A DNA stretch of 36,757 nucleotides from Candidatus Liptonbacteria bacterium (GCA_043801735.1 JAZDLT010000020.1:1-36757); one strand, 5' to 3'; counted from the first letter of the stretch, positions 24,948 through 33,178 are shown. The notes: generated by a model not told the origin, from the letters alone. Program-made: numbers and translations.

Positions 24948-25019
24948 GCGCGGTTAGCTCAGTGGTAGAGCGCTTCGTTGACATCGAAGAGGTCAGAAGT
25001 CCGATCCTTCTACCGCGCA
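24948..25019 (+). tRNA. tRNA-Val (anticodon GAC), CCA not encoded
   Basis: Acceptor GCGCGGT/ACCGCGC; D arm GCTC-AGTGGTA-GAGC; anticodon stem CTTCG/CGAAG with loop TTGACAT; T arm AGAAG-TCCGATC-CTTCT. Confidence 0.9.
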
Positions 25020-25103
25020 CAATGTTTGAAATATATTTAGAATTACCATATATTATTGCGGTTGGGCGCGTACGGCGGCTTGGGGTGCTCCGCGAATAAG
25101 TTT

Positions 25104-25178
25104 GGGCACATAGTTCAGTGGTAGAACGCTGTCCTGATAAGACAGAGGTCGAAGGTCCGATTCCTTCTGTGCCCACCA
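25104..25178 (+). tRNA. tRNA-Ile (anticodon GAU), CCA encoded
   Basis: Acceptor GGGCACA/TGTGCCC; anticodon stem CTGTC/GACAG with loop CTGATAA; T arm GAAGG-TCCGATT-CCTTC; ACCA tail. Confidence 0.9.
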
Positions 25179-25227
25179 ACCTAACCCCGTGGTGCTTGGG
25201 CAAAATGGGGCTATAATTGGCCTATCC

Positions 25228-25917
25228 ATGACAGAATTCCCGGAGCCGTCCATAATCTACCAAGACGAAAATATAGTTGCGGCGAATAAGCCCGCTGGTC
25301 TTTTGGTGCACGGTCTGTCTGGCAAAGACATGGGGCCCACTCTTGCGGAGTGGGTTGTCCGTAAGTATCCGGAAACGAAGGAAGTGGGGGATGATCCCCA
25401 AAATCGCCCCGGCGTGGTTCATCGTCTGGACAAAGAAACTTCCGGGATAATAATCTTGGCGCGCAACCAAAAGTATTTTTCGTATCTCAAATCTCTTTTC
25501 CAGAATCATAAAATGGAAAAAAAATACCTGGCCTGGGTTTACGGTGTGCCCAAGGATAAAAAGATTAGGATAAACATACCTATTGGAATTCGCTCCGGCA
25601 GCGTCCACCGCAGCGTGCATTCCGGCAAAATGTCCAAAGAGGCGGTGACGGACTATTCTGTCAAGGAATGCAAGGAATACAATGGCCGGAAAATATGTCT
25701 GGTAGAGGTCTTCCCGAAGACGGGGCGGACGCACCAAATCAGGGTGCATTTGGCAAGTATCGGTCATCCCGTGGTGGGCGATGCGATTTACGGCGGCAAG
25801 ATGGGGCGGGATGATTCGGGGGGCATGCGCTTGCATGCTTATTCTTTGGAGTTTGAAATCCAGCCGGGCAGAAAAATTTTACTGGAAGCCGAACCGCCGA
25901 AAAGTTTTGATCCATAA
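25228..25917 (+). CDS. RluA-family pseudouridine synthase (no S4 domain)
   Basis: Catalytic motif HRLDKETSGIIILAR, plus GRTHQIRVHLA. Start trimmed to ATG at 25228, because the ORF-track start (25189) sits only 10 nt after the tRNA-Ile end and has no ATG. Confidence 0.88.
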   Translation: MTEFPEPSIIYQDENIVAANKPAGLLVHGLSGKDMGPTLAEWVVRKYPETKEVGDDPQNRPGVVHRLDKETSGIIILARNQKYFSYLKSLFQNHKMEKKYLAWVYGVPKDKKIRINIPIGIRSGSVHRSVHSGKMSKEAVTDYSVKECKEYNGRKICLVEVFPKTGRTHQIRVHLASIGHPVVGDAIYGGKMGRDDSGGMRLHAYSLEFEIQPGRKILLEAEPPKSFDP

Positions 25918-25923
25918 ACATAA

Positions 25924-25932
25924 TTATCCACA
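25924..25932 (+). promoter_or_regulatory. Perfect DnaA-box 9-mer TTATCCACA upstream of the pilin promoter
   Basis: Exact consensus, 18 nt upstream of the extended -10 at 25951. Confidence 0.45.
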
Positions 25933-25950
25933 GTCGCATTTTGCGCGATT

Positions 25951-25959
25951 TGTTATAAT
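25951..25959 (+). promoter_or_regulatory. Extended -10 promoter TGTTATAAT for the pilin gene
   Basis: A TGnTATAAT element. The 13-mer TGTTATAATTAAT is identical to 33164-33176. Confidence 0.5.
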
Positions 25960-25997
25960 TAATGCGTATTCAAAGGTCGAGTTAGGTTAAGTATTAT

Positions 25998-26570
25998 ATG
26001 ACTAAAAAACAAAAGGGTTTCACCCTTATCGAGCTTCTGGTAGTCATCGCCATTGTGGCCGTTTTATCGGTGGTGGTTATCTTGACCCTTAACCCGGCCG
26101 AGCTTCTCAAGCAAGCGAGGGATTCCAACCGGGTTTCCGATTTGTCTACCGTTAAGAGCGCGGTCGCTTTGTATCTGGCGGACGGGCAAACCACTTGGAA
26201 CGTTACTTCCACCTGGTGCTATGCCACGACCAGCACCGCTCCTGCGCGCTGTGGTGGTTATTTCGGAACTCAAGTAACCGCGACTTCCACTGGTTCGGGC
26301 ACGGCAGCCGCAAATAACGGCACGGGTTGGGTACCGCTCAACTTTGCCGCTATTACTTCCGGAGCTCCGTTTGGCCAATTGCCGCTGGATCCGCTAAACA
26401 ACTCCCAGTACTTCTACGCGTTTAACGGTACTTCCACCAATAACTCCTTCAAGCTGGGTGCGAACATGGAAAGTGGTAAGTATGCGAACGGCGGAACAGG
26501 AGACGTGGAAACGACTGACGGCGGTACGGTTACAACGGTTTATGAAGTAGGCACTCTGTTGTCTCTTTAG
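25998..26570 (+). CDS. Type IV pilin-like protein (probable major pilin)
   Basis: Class III signal MTKKQKG|FTLIELLVVIAIVAVLS with Glu at +5. Followed by a strong terminator. Confidence 0.88.
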   Translation: MTKKQKGFTLIELLVVIAIVAVLSVVVILTLNPAELLKQARDSNRVSDLSTVKSAVALYLADGQTTWNVTSTWCYATTSTAPARCGGYFGTQVTATSTGSGTAAANNGTGWVPLNFAAITSGAPFGQLPLDPLNNSQYFYAFNGTSTNNSFKLGANMESGKYANGGTGDVETTDGGTVTTVYEVGTLLSL

Positions 26571-26592
26571 GCCGTGGGATAGCTAAGTCAAA

Positions 26593-26621
26593 GCAAAAAC
26601 CCCCGGAACGGGGGTTTTTGC
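26593..26621 (+). terminator. Rho-independent terminator after the pilin gene
   Basis: GCAAAAACCCCCG-GAA-CGGGGGTTTTTGC: 13-bp perfect stem followed by TTT. Confidence 0.85.
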
Positions 26622-26691
26622 TTTGGGCGCGGAGAGCATATCCGGCTAAGAGCTTGCCCTGGTTTGAGTTTACGAGACCCGGAAATAAAAA

Positions 26692-26718
26692 TGCGTTTTC
26701 TGGTATAATAAAAACGCA
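26692..26718 (+). promoter_or_regulatory. pilB promoter (TGgTATAAT at 26701-26709) enclosed by the 8-bp inverted repeat TGCGTTTT-N11-AAAACGCA
   Basis: A perfect inverted repeat flanks the -10, so this is a candidate operator. Confidence 0.4.
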
Positions 26719-26729
26719 GACCCTAATCT

Positions 26730-28445
26730 ATGAACTTACCTATTCCCATAGAACAATTGAAAGAAAGATTGATTGCGGACGGAATCATCTCGTCCGAGAA
26801 ATTTGACGCATATGTGGCCGAGGCGGAACGGAAAAATCAAAATCTTTTGGAACTTTTAATCTCCGAAAATGTGGCCAGCACGCTTTATCTTTATGGCATT
26901 ATTTCCGAACTTCTGGGGGTGGGCTTGGCCAGTTTGGGGTTACGTCACATAGACGAAAACGTCCTTAATCTTTTACCCGAAGAGGTGGCGCGCCAACAGG
27001 AGTCCATTGTTTTTGGGGTAGAGGAGGATGGGACGTTAGATGTTGCCATGCTTGATCCGAACGACCTGCAGGTGGTGGAATTTTTGACGCAATATCTTAA
27101 GGCGCGCATTAGGCCGTATCTGGCTACCCGGGAAGACCTAAACCGCGGCTATGCCATTTATGGTTTTAAGTCCACATCCGATTTCCAGAAGATAATCGAA
27201 GAGAACGTGCAGGAATCCCTGCGTAAGCAGTCCAACTCCACGGAAGAAGCGGCGGCCGACTTGCCCATCGTGGCGATTGTGGAAAATATCCTGTCTTTCG
27301 CGATATCCCTGCGTGCTTCCGATATTCACATCGAGACCCTGGAAGAAGCCACCCTCATTCGCTACCGCATAGATGGCATTCTGCGGGAAATCATCCGTAT
27401 TCCCAAGTCGGTCCACTCCGCGATTGCAGCGCGCTTCAAGATACTTTCCGGGCTTAAAATCGACGAGCACTATAAACCCCAGGACGGGCGATTTCGTCAC
27501 AATGTGGTAAATCAGACGGTGGACGTGCGCGTTTCCGTTATGCCCACTTTTTACGGCGAGAAGGTAGAAATGCGCCTCTTGGAATCCGCCCAAAAACCCC
27601 TTTCTTTGGAAGAAATCGGCATTTTGCCGCGCATCGCGAGAGTCGTGGAGGATAATATGAGAAAGACCTACGGCATGCTTATAATCTGCGGCCCGACCGG
27701 TTCCGGCAAGTCCACCACCCTTTATGCTTTCATGAATATCCTGAACCGACCCAACGTTAACATTTGTACCATTGAAGATCCGATCGAGTACAATATGCGC
27801 TATATTAACCAGTCCCAAATAAACGTTCAGGCGGGCATCACTTTCGCGAGCGGTTTGCGCGCGCTTTTGCGCCAGGACCCGAACATAATCATGGTCGGTG
27901 AAATCCGCGACAAGGAAACAGCCGCCATTTCCGTGCAGGCGGCCTTAACCGGGCACTTACTTCTGTCTTCGCTTCACACCAACGATGCCCCGACCGCAAT
28001 ACCGCGCCTATTCGACCTGGATATTCCGCCTTATCTGGTCGGCTCGGTGCTGAATCTGGTGGTGGCCCAGCGCCTGGTGCGCCGCATCTGTAATTCCTGC
28101 ATTTACTCCTACGAAGAAAGTCCGGAAAACAAGGAAATAATTTTGCGCCAATTACGCGAGATGGATCTATCCGATCCGGAAAAATTCCTGCTCAAAATGT
28201 TCTTCAAGGGTAAGGGTTGCGCGATTTGCGCGGAATCCGGCTACCGTGGCCGGATCGGCATTTTCGAGATTTTAGCGGTCAGCGATACGATAAAGAAAAT
28301 GATCGTGGAGCCGCATCTTGACCTGGATAAATTACGCGCAGAGGCGCGACAGGAGGGCAGTCGCACTATGTTTGAGGATGGTTTGGAAAAAATTCAGCTG
28401 GGCATAACTACGGTGGAAGAAGTGTTGCGCGTCATAAGGGAGTAA
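26730..28445 (+). CDS. pilB: Type IV pilus assembly ATPase PilB/GspE family
   Basis: Walker A GPTGSGKST, GEIRD, His box LSSLHTND, and a tetracysteine motif CNSC...CAIC. Confidence 0.93.
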   Translation: MNLPIPIEQLKERLIADGIISSEKFDAYVAEAERKNQNLLELLISENVASTLYLYGIISELLGVGLASLGLRHIDENVLNLLPEEVARQQESIVFGVEEDGTLDVAMLDPNDLQVVEFLTQYLKARIRPYLATREDLNRGYAIYGFKSTSDFQKIIEENVQESLRKQSNSTEEAAADLPIVAIVENILSFAISLRASDIHIETLEEATLIRYRIDGILREIIRIPKSVHSAIAARFKILSGLKIDEHYKPQDGRFRHNVVNQTVDVRVSVMPTFYGEKVEMRLLESAQKPLSLEEIGILPRIARVVEDNMRKTYGMLIICGPTGSGKSTTLYAFMNILNRPNVNICTIEDPIEYNMRYINQSQINVQAGITFASGLRALLRQDPNIIMVGEIRDKETAAISVQAALTGHLLLSSLHTNDAPTAIPRLFDLDIPPYLVGSVLNLVVAQRLVRRICNSCIYSYEESPENKEIILRQLREMDLSDPEKFLLKMFFKGKGCAICAESGYRGRIGIFEILAVSDTIKKMIVEPHLDLDKLRAEARQEGSRTMFEDGLEKIQLGITTVEEVLRVIRE

Positions 28446-28941
28446 TCGCGAATAACGCAAATCAAATAGGTAATAACGCAAATATGGAGAGGGATGTAAT
28501 CACCAATATTGCGAGTATGGATTCAAGAAAAGAAATAGTGCTGCCAGAATTAAGCTTCGGTGTCGTCGGAGCCGCATTTGACGTGTTTAATAATCTCGGT
28601 TGGGGATTTCCTGAAAGAAATTACCAGAATGCGTTGGCGGAAGAACTGGCCACCCGTAAGATAAATTTCAAACGGGAAGTTTATATCCCCTTAATTTATA
28701 AAACCTCCAATATCGGTAGATACTTTGCGGACTTCATTATTGAGGATAGGGCGCTCCTAGAATTAAAAGTTGTCTCTAAGTTTGGTTATGTTCATGCCAA
28801 GCAGGTGTTGGCGTATCTCTGTGCGGCCAGATTAAGGTTGGGCATTCTGGTATACTTTACAAAGGATGGGGTTAAGTATCGTCGTGTTTTAAATCCCCAT
28901 TCGCATTATTTGCAATAAATTTGCGATATTAGCGATTACTC
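28440..28941 (+). mobile_element. Compact TIR-bounded element carrying a single GxxExxY ORF
   Basis: The outer 10-mers GAGTAATCGC (28440-28449) and GCGATTACTC (28932-28941) are exact inverted repeats. Inside them are two 12-mers per end: AATAACGCAAAT at 28451 and 28472, versus ATTCGCATTATT at 28899 and ATTTGCGATATT at 28917. Confidence 0.6.
28484..28918 (+). CDS. GxxExxY family protein (PD-(D/E)XK-like fold family)
   Basis: Signature GFPERNY (G-x-x-E-x-x-Y) at the expected position, followed by YIPLIYK...ADFIIEDRALLELK, which is typical of the family. Confidence 0.8.
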   Translation: MERDVITNIASMDSRKEIVLPELSFGVVGAAFDVFNNLGWGFPERNYQNALAEELATRKINFKREVYIPLIYKTSNIGRYFADFIIEDRALLELKVVSKFGYVHAKQVLAYLCAARLRLGILVYFTKDGVKYRRVLNPHSHYLQ

Positions 28942-28944
28942 TAT
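28894..28944 (+). repeat. 51-bp direct repeat, copy 1
   Basis: TCCCCATTCGCATTATTTGCAATAAATTTGCGATATTAGCGATTACTCTAT is identical to 28975-29025. Confidence 0.9.
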
Positions 28945-28974
28945 TATGTTTTCAAGTCAAAATAGTCGTGTATA

Positions 28975-29025
28975 TCCCCATTCGCATTATTTGCAATAAA
29001 TTTGCGATATTAGCGATTACTCTAT
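28975..29025 (+). repeat. 51-bp direct repeat, copy 2 (ends within the pilC start codon)
   Basis: Perfect copy of 28894-28944, 30 nt downstream of it. The pilC ATG is at 29024. Confidence 0.9.
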
Positions 29026-30229
29026 GCTTTATCATTACATTGCCGCGGACAAGACGGGAAGGGTCGTGGAGGCCGATTACGACGCGGACGATCTGGCGGG
29101 AGTTTTGCAGCATATAAACAGCCGGGAACTTCGTCCGGTAGCGGTCCGGCCAGTCAAACCGTCTTCTTTTGGTCTTTCGCTCTCCGGCGGGCGAATAACT
29201 CTCCCGGACAAAGTGTTTCTCACTAAGTACTTGTCGCTAATGCTTAAAGTTGGCACCGACCTACTTTCCGCCATCAACATCCTGATAGCGGATTTCGAGG
29301 GTCCGGCCATGAAGAATTTTTTGTTGGAGGTGCGGGAAAACCTGACCAAGGGCAGGCCTTTCTACGAGGCGTTTGCCAAGCATCCCAAGTATTTCTCGGA
29401 AGTTATGGTCAATCTGGTCCGGGCGGCGGAGGCCTCCGGTAATTTGCAGAAAACTTTTGACGATTTAAGCACATCCCTTCAGAGAGACGCGGATCTGCAG
29501 AACAGGGTGCGTTCCGCGCTGATTTACCCCATTCTTTTACTTGTTACTTCGATGGTAGTCGTGATTTTTTTGGTTACTTTTGCCTTGCCTAAAATCGCCA
29601 AAGTTTTCGCGGACACAGGCATGAATCCGCCTACTTTTTCCCGCATTGTTTTCGCGGTCGGACTTTTTATTAACGACCATATTTACGGAGTGCTCGCCTC
29701 CATAATTCTCACGATCGTTTTTAGCATCTACTTTTTCTTCTTCACGATGGTGGGCAGAAGAGTGGGAGATCGGATAATAGGCGGATTGCCGGTCATCAAA
29801 CAAACCCATCGGGACTTGGCGGTCCAAAGATTTTCCGCCACCTTCAGTTCTCTGATGCGCGCCGGTTTACCTATTATTCAGGCCATTAAAATAACCGCGA
29901 AAGTGGTGGGGACGGAGGAGTTCCGGGTGGCGCTAGTCCGCATCGCGGACGAGGGCCTGGCCAAGGGTATTTCTATCGGCGAATCTTTCCGCCGGGAAAA
30001 GGTTTTTCCGCAGGTGGTCACCAATCTTATCGCCGTATCCGAAAAGGCGGGCCACCTGGAAGACGTGCTCGAAACCATCTCCGAATTCTATGCCTCCAAC
30101 GTGGAAGCGAACGTGCGCGCGCTGGTCTCCGTGCTGGAGCCGCTTCTCTTAATAACCATGGGTCTAATGGTGGGCGGCATCTCGCTGGCGATAATTATTC
30201 CCATCTATCAGCTTACCAATCAATTCTGA
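29024..30229 (+). CDS. pilC: Type IV pilus platform protein PilC/GspF family
   Basis: 401 aa with duplicated GspF-type cytoplasmic domains and three TM spans. Positioned after pilB. Confidence 0.9.
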   Translation: MLYHYIAADKTGRVVEADYDADDLAGVLQHINSRELRPVAVRPVKPSSFGLSLSGGRITLPDKVFLTKYLSLMLKVGTDLLSAINILIADFEGPAMKNFLLEVRENLTKGRPFYEAFAKHPKYFSEVMVNLVRAAEASGNLQKTFDDLSTSLQRDADLQNRVRSALIYPILLLVTSMVVVIFLVTFALPKIAKVFADTGMNPPTFSRIVFAVGLFINDHIYGVLASIILTIVFSIYFFFFTMVGRRVGDRIIGGLPVIKQTHRDLAVQRFSATFSSLMRAGLPIIQAIKITAKVVGTEEFRVALVRIADEGLAKGISIGESFRREKVFPQVVTNLIAVSEKAGHLEDVLETISEFYASNVEANVRALVSVLEPLLLITMGLMVGGISLAIIIPIYQLTNQF

Positions 30230-30230
30230 C

Positions 30231-30725
30231 GTGATGTTCAAACAAGACACGCATCCTTCCGCGACCAAGGGGTTTACCCTAATCGAGGTTTTAACGGTTG
30301 CATCCCTAATAGTTGTACTGGGTGCGATTGGCTTGATGAACCTGGCGGGCCGGCGCAGCAAGGTGGAGGTAGAAACCACTTCCCAGAAGATGGTAGCCCT
30401 TCTGCGGGAGGCGCAAAGCAACTCCATGAGCCAATCCTCCAGTACCGCTTGGGGCGTAAGATTTTGGAATGCAACCGCCACCGCGCCCTTCTTTGTGATG
30501 TTTGGAGGCGGTTCCTATTCTCTAGCGGGGGAGAACGGCCGCTATCGCCTACCGGAACGGGTTTTCTACGCCAGTTCTACTCTGGCCGTGGGCGCAACAA
30601 AAGACGTTGTCTTTTCCCAAATTACCGGCTTACCTAACGCCTCCGCGACCGTAAGCATAGTCAATGTGGGCGGAAAAATTTCTTCCACCATTTCGGTTTC
30701 CGCCACCGGATTGGTGAGTTTTTAA
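30231..30725 (+). CDS. Pseudopilin / minor pilin
   Basis: Prepilin signal ...SATKG|FTLIEVLTVASLIVVLGAIGL. The start is GTG at 30231 or ATG at 30234. Confidence 0.8.
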   Translation: MMFKQDTHPSATKGFTLIEVLTVASLIVVLGAIGLMNLAGRRSKVEVETTSQKMVALLREAQSNSMSQSSSTAWGVRFWNATATAPFFVMFGGGSYSLAGENGRYRLPERVFYASSTLAVGATKDVVFSQITGLPNASATVSIVNVGGKISSTISVSATGLVSF

Positions 30726-30738
30726 TTATTGACCCGCA

Positions 30739-32082
30739 ATGTCTAACGAGCCAACTAGCCAACAAGTCAACCCTCCTTCGTCCGACTTCGGACGGGCAGG
30801 CCCTCCTTCGTCCGACCTGCCTGCTGGTCGGCATGGCTTCGGACGGGCAGGCGAGCCACGCAGGGGTCAATCTCTGATTGAAGTCCTGATCGGCACCGTA
30901 TTGGGCGTCATTATGATTATGGCGGCAGTTTCCATTATTGTGCCGGCCATGAAGAGCAATGCGGATGCCACTAAGAGGCAGGCCTCCATCGCGCTCGGCA
31001 AGGAGATGATGGACAACGTACGGGTCTGGGCGGAATCCGATTGGCACAACATCTCGGTCTTGGCCACCAGTTCCGCGAGCAGGTATTTTCTGCGCTACGG
31101 ACCATCGCCTTTCGCGGCCGCCACCGGTACGGAAGGTTTTGCCTCGGATGTGATAAATAGCGGCATGGTTGCTTATTGGAAGCTAGATGAGGCGGCGGAA
31201 AGCATCTCTTACGATTTCTCTGGCAGCGACAACAATGGCACCTGGATAAACAGTCCGATTTCCACTTCCAGTTGCAAATTTGGTTCCTGCATGGTCTTGA
31301 ACGGCTCTAATAACTACATTCGCGCCAGCTCGTCCATTCCTTTCGGTGCGGGCAGTTTCTCCATCTCCCTCTGGCTTAGAGCCAGCGGAGCGGACGCATA
31401 CAACGCGATTTTTGACGAAGGCGTGCCGGCAGATTCCAGTCACGCGGGCTATCAATTATTCTTATCGGGTGGAGTTTTGAGGTACAACATATCGGATGGG
31501 ACGGGGCATTGGCAAGAGTTGGCGGTAGGCGGATCGCCGGACCTGCGCGACAACAAGTGGCATCATGTGGTTTGGACTTACGACGGCGCAAATTCCAAAT
31601 TTTATCTGGATAACCGTCTTTTAGATACCGACCCTTGGGTATACGGTACCGGCGTCCCGGCGGCGCAGTTCAAGATAGGTAGTTCTTGGGTAAGCAGTTT
31701 CCGCGGACCAATTGATGATTTCCGCATCTATAGTCGCTCTCTTTCCGCTACGGAAATAGAAACCATATACAAGGGCCAGGCGTTCTTAAGGTATTTTTAT
31801 CTGGAGGACACGAACCGAGATGTGAGCGGCAATATTACTGCCGGAGCCGGTTCGCGCGACCCGTCTACCCGCAAATTGACCGTGGTCTATGGTTGGCCCG
31901 GCTCAACCACCAGCTCTCTCGTTTCGTATCTAACCCGTGCGGGCAGCCGAATATTTACCCAGTCCGACTGGTCTGGGGGTGGTGGCTACGAAGATGCTAC
32001 GAGTACGGTCAGCGGCCGCTTTTCTTCCTCGACCAACATAGATTATACTACCTCTACGGGTTCTATCGTGATCGATTTGTAG
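30739..32082 (+). CDS. Pseudopilin-like protein with a LamG/concanavalin-A-like lectin domain
   Basis: Prepilin-like RRG|QSLIEVLIGTVLGVIMIMAAV. LamG-type core: NGTWINS...GSCMVLNGSNNYI...FSISLWLRA...WHHVVWTYDG...FYLDNRL...GPIDDFRIYSRSLSATEI. The unusually long leader contains repeat elements. Confidence 0.75.
   Translation: MSNEPTSQQVNPPSSDFGRAGPPSSDLPAGRHGFGRAGEPRRGQSLIEVLIGTVLGVIMIMAAVSIIVPAMKSNADATKRQASIALGKEMMDNVRVWAESDWHNISVLATSSASRYFLRYGPSPFAAATGTEGFASDVINSGMVAYWKLDEAAESISYDFSGSDNNGTWINSPISTSSCKFGSCMVLNGSNNYIRASSSIPFGAGSFSISLWLRASGADAYNAIFDEGVPADSSHAGYQLFLSGGVLRYNISDGTGHWQELAVGGSPDLRDNKWHHVVWTYDGANSKFYLDNRLLDTDPWVYGTGVPAAQFKIGSSWVSSFRGPIDDFRIYSRSLSATEIETIYKGQAFLRYFYLEDTNRDVSGNITAGAGSRDPSTRKLTVVYGWPGSTTSSLVSYLTRAGSRIFTQSDWSGGGGYEDATSTVSGRFSSSTNIDYTTSTGSIVIDL
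30771..30851 (+). repeat. Tandem 30-nt unit x2, with a nested 21-nt hairpin-type insertion, all in frame inside the pseudopilin leader
   Basis: Copy 1 is CCCTCCTTCGTCCGACTTCGGACGGGCAGG (30771-30800). Copy 2 is 30801-30816 plus 30838-30851, interrupted by CTGCCTGCTGGTCGGCATGGC (30817-30837). Translates as PPSSDFGRAG PPSSD[LPAGRHG]FGRAG. Confidence 0.85.
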
Positions 32083-32189
32083 GAATATAAAGGTGCGAGC
32101 GGACAAGGGGGATTTTACAAAAAAGTCAAAATGGGACTGGAAGCAGTAACGTTAACTGACAACTTACGGCAAGAAATAGGAATAAACAG

Positions 32190-33059
32190 ATGTTTTCTCT
32201 TAAAAACATAACCATTGCGATTCTCTCGGTTTTCGCCCTGCACACGCTTTTCTTGGGTACCCTCATCGTCTATTCCTCCGCCAATATCAGCTCCTCGAGT
32301 GGGGAGTACTGGGCCTGGAACGATATTATTGGCTGGATAGATTTCTACAACACCAACACCGTAACGGTTTCTTCCCCCAGGATTGCTGGTTATGCCAGCT
32401 CCACGGCGGGAGAGGTGTCTTTGGATTGTGCAACCACCAGTGCCGGCGATATCTGCGGCACAAGCAACTACTGGGTCTCGAATGACGGGCTAGGCAACCT
32501 TTCCGGTTACGGTTGGAACGATACCTACGGCTGGATAAGTTTTGACTGCAACAACCACTCCGGTTGCGCCACCTCCGACTACCGGGTATATATAGACCCC
32601 AATACCGGCGACTTCCACGATTACGCCTGGAACGATGTCGCCGGCTGGTTCAGCTTCAATTGCGCCGACCCGAATATTTGTGGCACCTCCAACTATCGTG
32701 TCCGGACTACCTGGACCGCAACTTCTACCACAGGCACATTGAACTCCACGATTTATGATACGGGTATCACGCGGGGAGCCCAGCTTAATTCCTTCATCTG
32801 GCGGGGCAGCGAGCCGGTGAGCACAGACGTGAAATTTCAGTTCGCAGTCAGCAACGCAACGAGCGGCCCATGGATTTTCATGGGTCCGGATGGCACCGGC
32901 AACACCTACTACTCTCCGGAAGCGGACGTTTCCCAACGTTTGGACTACTCGCTCTTTAGCGACAGGCGCTATTTTCGCTACCGCGTGGTTTTGATTTCCA
33001 ATCAAGCCCAAACCATAAGTCCCCAGGTGATGGATGTGGTGGTGAATTGGAGCCCCTAA
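32190..33059 (+). CDS. Membrane-anchored protein with three Trp-rich repeats (W-N-D-x-x-G-W-I/F-x-F), pilus-cluster associated
   Basis: N-terminal TM span. Repeats are AWNDIIGWIDF, GWNDTYGWISFDC and AWNDVAGWFSFNC, each followed by Cys pairs. C-terminal beta-rich domain. Confidence 0.65.
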   Translation: MFSLKNITIAILSVFALHTLFLGTLIVYSSANISSSSGEYWAWNDIIGWIDFYNTNTVTVSSPRIAGYASSTAGEVSLDCATTSAGDICGTSNYWVSNDGLGNLSGYGWNDTYGWISFDCNNHSGCATSDYRVYIDPNTGDFHDYAWNDVAGWFSFNCADPNICGTSNYRVRTTWTATSTTGTLNSTIYDTGITRGAQLNSFIWRGSEPVSTDVKFQFAVSNATSGPWIFMGPDGTGNTYYSPEADVSQRLDYSLFSDRRYFRYRVVLISNQAQTISPQVMDVVVNWSP

Positions 33060-33163
33060 GCGCGAAGCGCTTTAACCAACAACTAACAACCAATAACTCA
33101 CAACAAAGATGGGTCACGAGAAGGTTGTCTGTTGTGGGTGGTAGGTTGTAAGTGCTTCGAGGG

Positions 33164-33172
33164 TGTTATAAT
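33164..33172 (+). promoter_or_regulatory. Extended -10 promoter TGTTATAAT
   Basis: Same 13-mer TGTTATAATTAAT as the pilin promoter. It ends 6 nt before the GTG at 33179. Confidence 0.45.
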
Positions 33173-33178
33173 TAATCC

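Noticed and set aside
1606-25932. DnaA boxes considered as evidence for oriC in this window
   Set aside because: The three perfect boxes are 9-15 kb apart, each in a different promoter region. There is no cluster with an AT-rich unwinding element, and dnaA/dnaN are not in the window.
28894-29025. Direct repeats considered as a possible CRISPR array
   Set aside because: There are only two copies of a 51-bp unit with one 30-nt spacer. The unit contains the 3' end of an ORF and a terminal inverted repeat. No cas genes are present. This is an element-end duplication, not CRISPR.
33061-33160. CAAC-rich imperfect inverted repeat (AACCAACAACTAACAACC... versus ...GGTTGTCTGTTGTGGGTGGTAGGTTG) as a possible ncRNA or riboswitch
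   Set aside because: The pairing is imperfect and low-complexity, and I recognise no conserved riboswitch motif. It is probably a terminator or spacer structure following the short GCGC-GAA-GCGC hairpin at 33062-33072.
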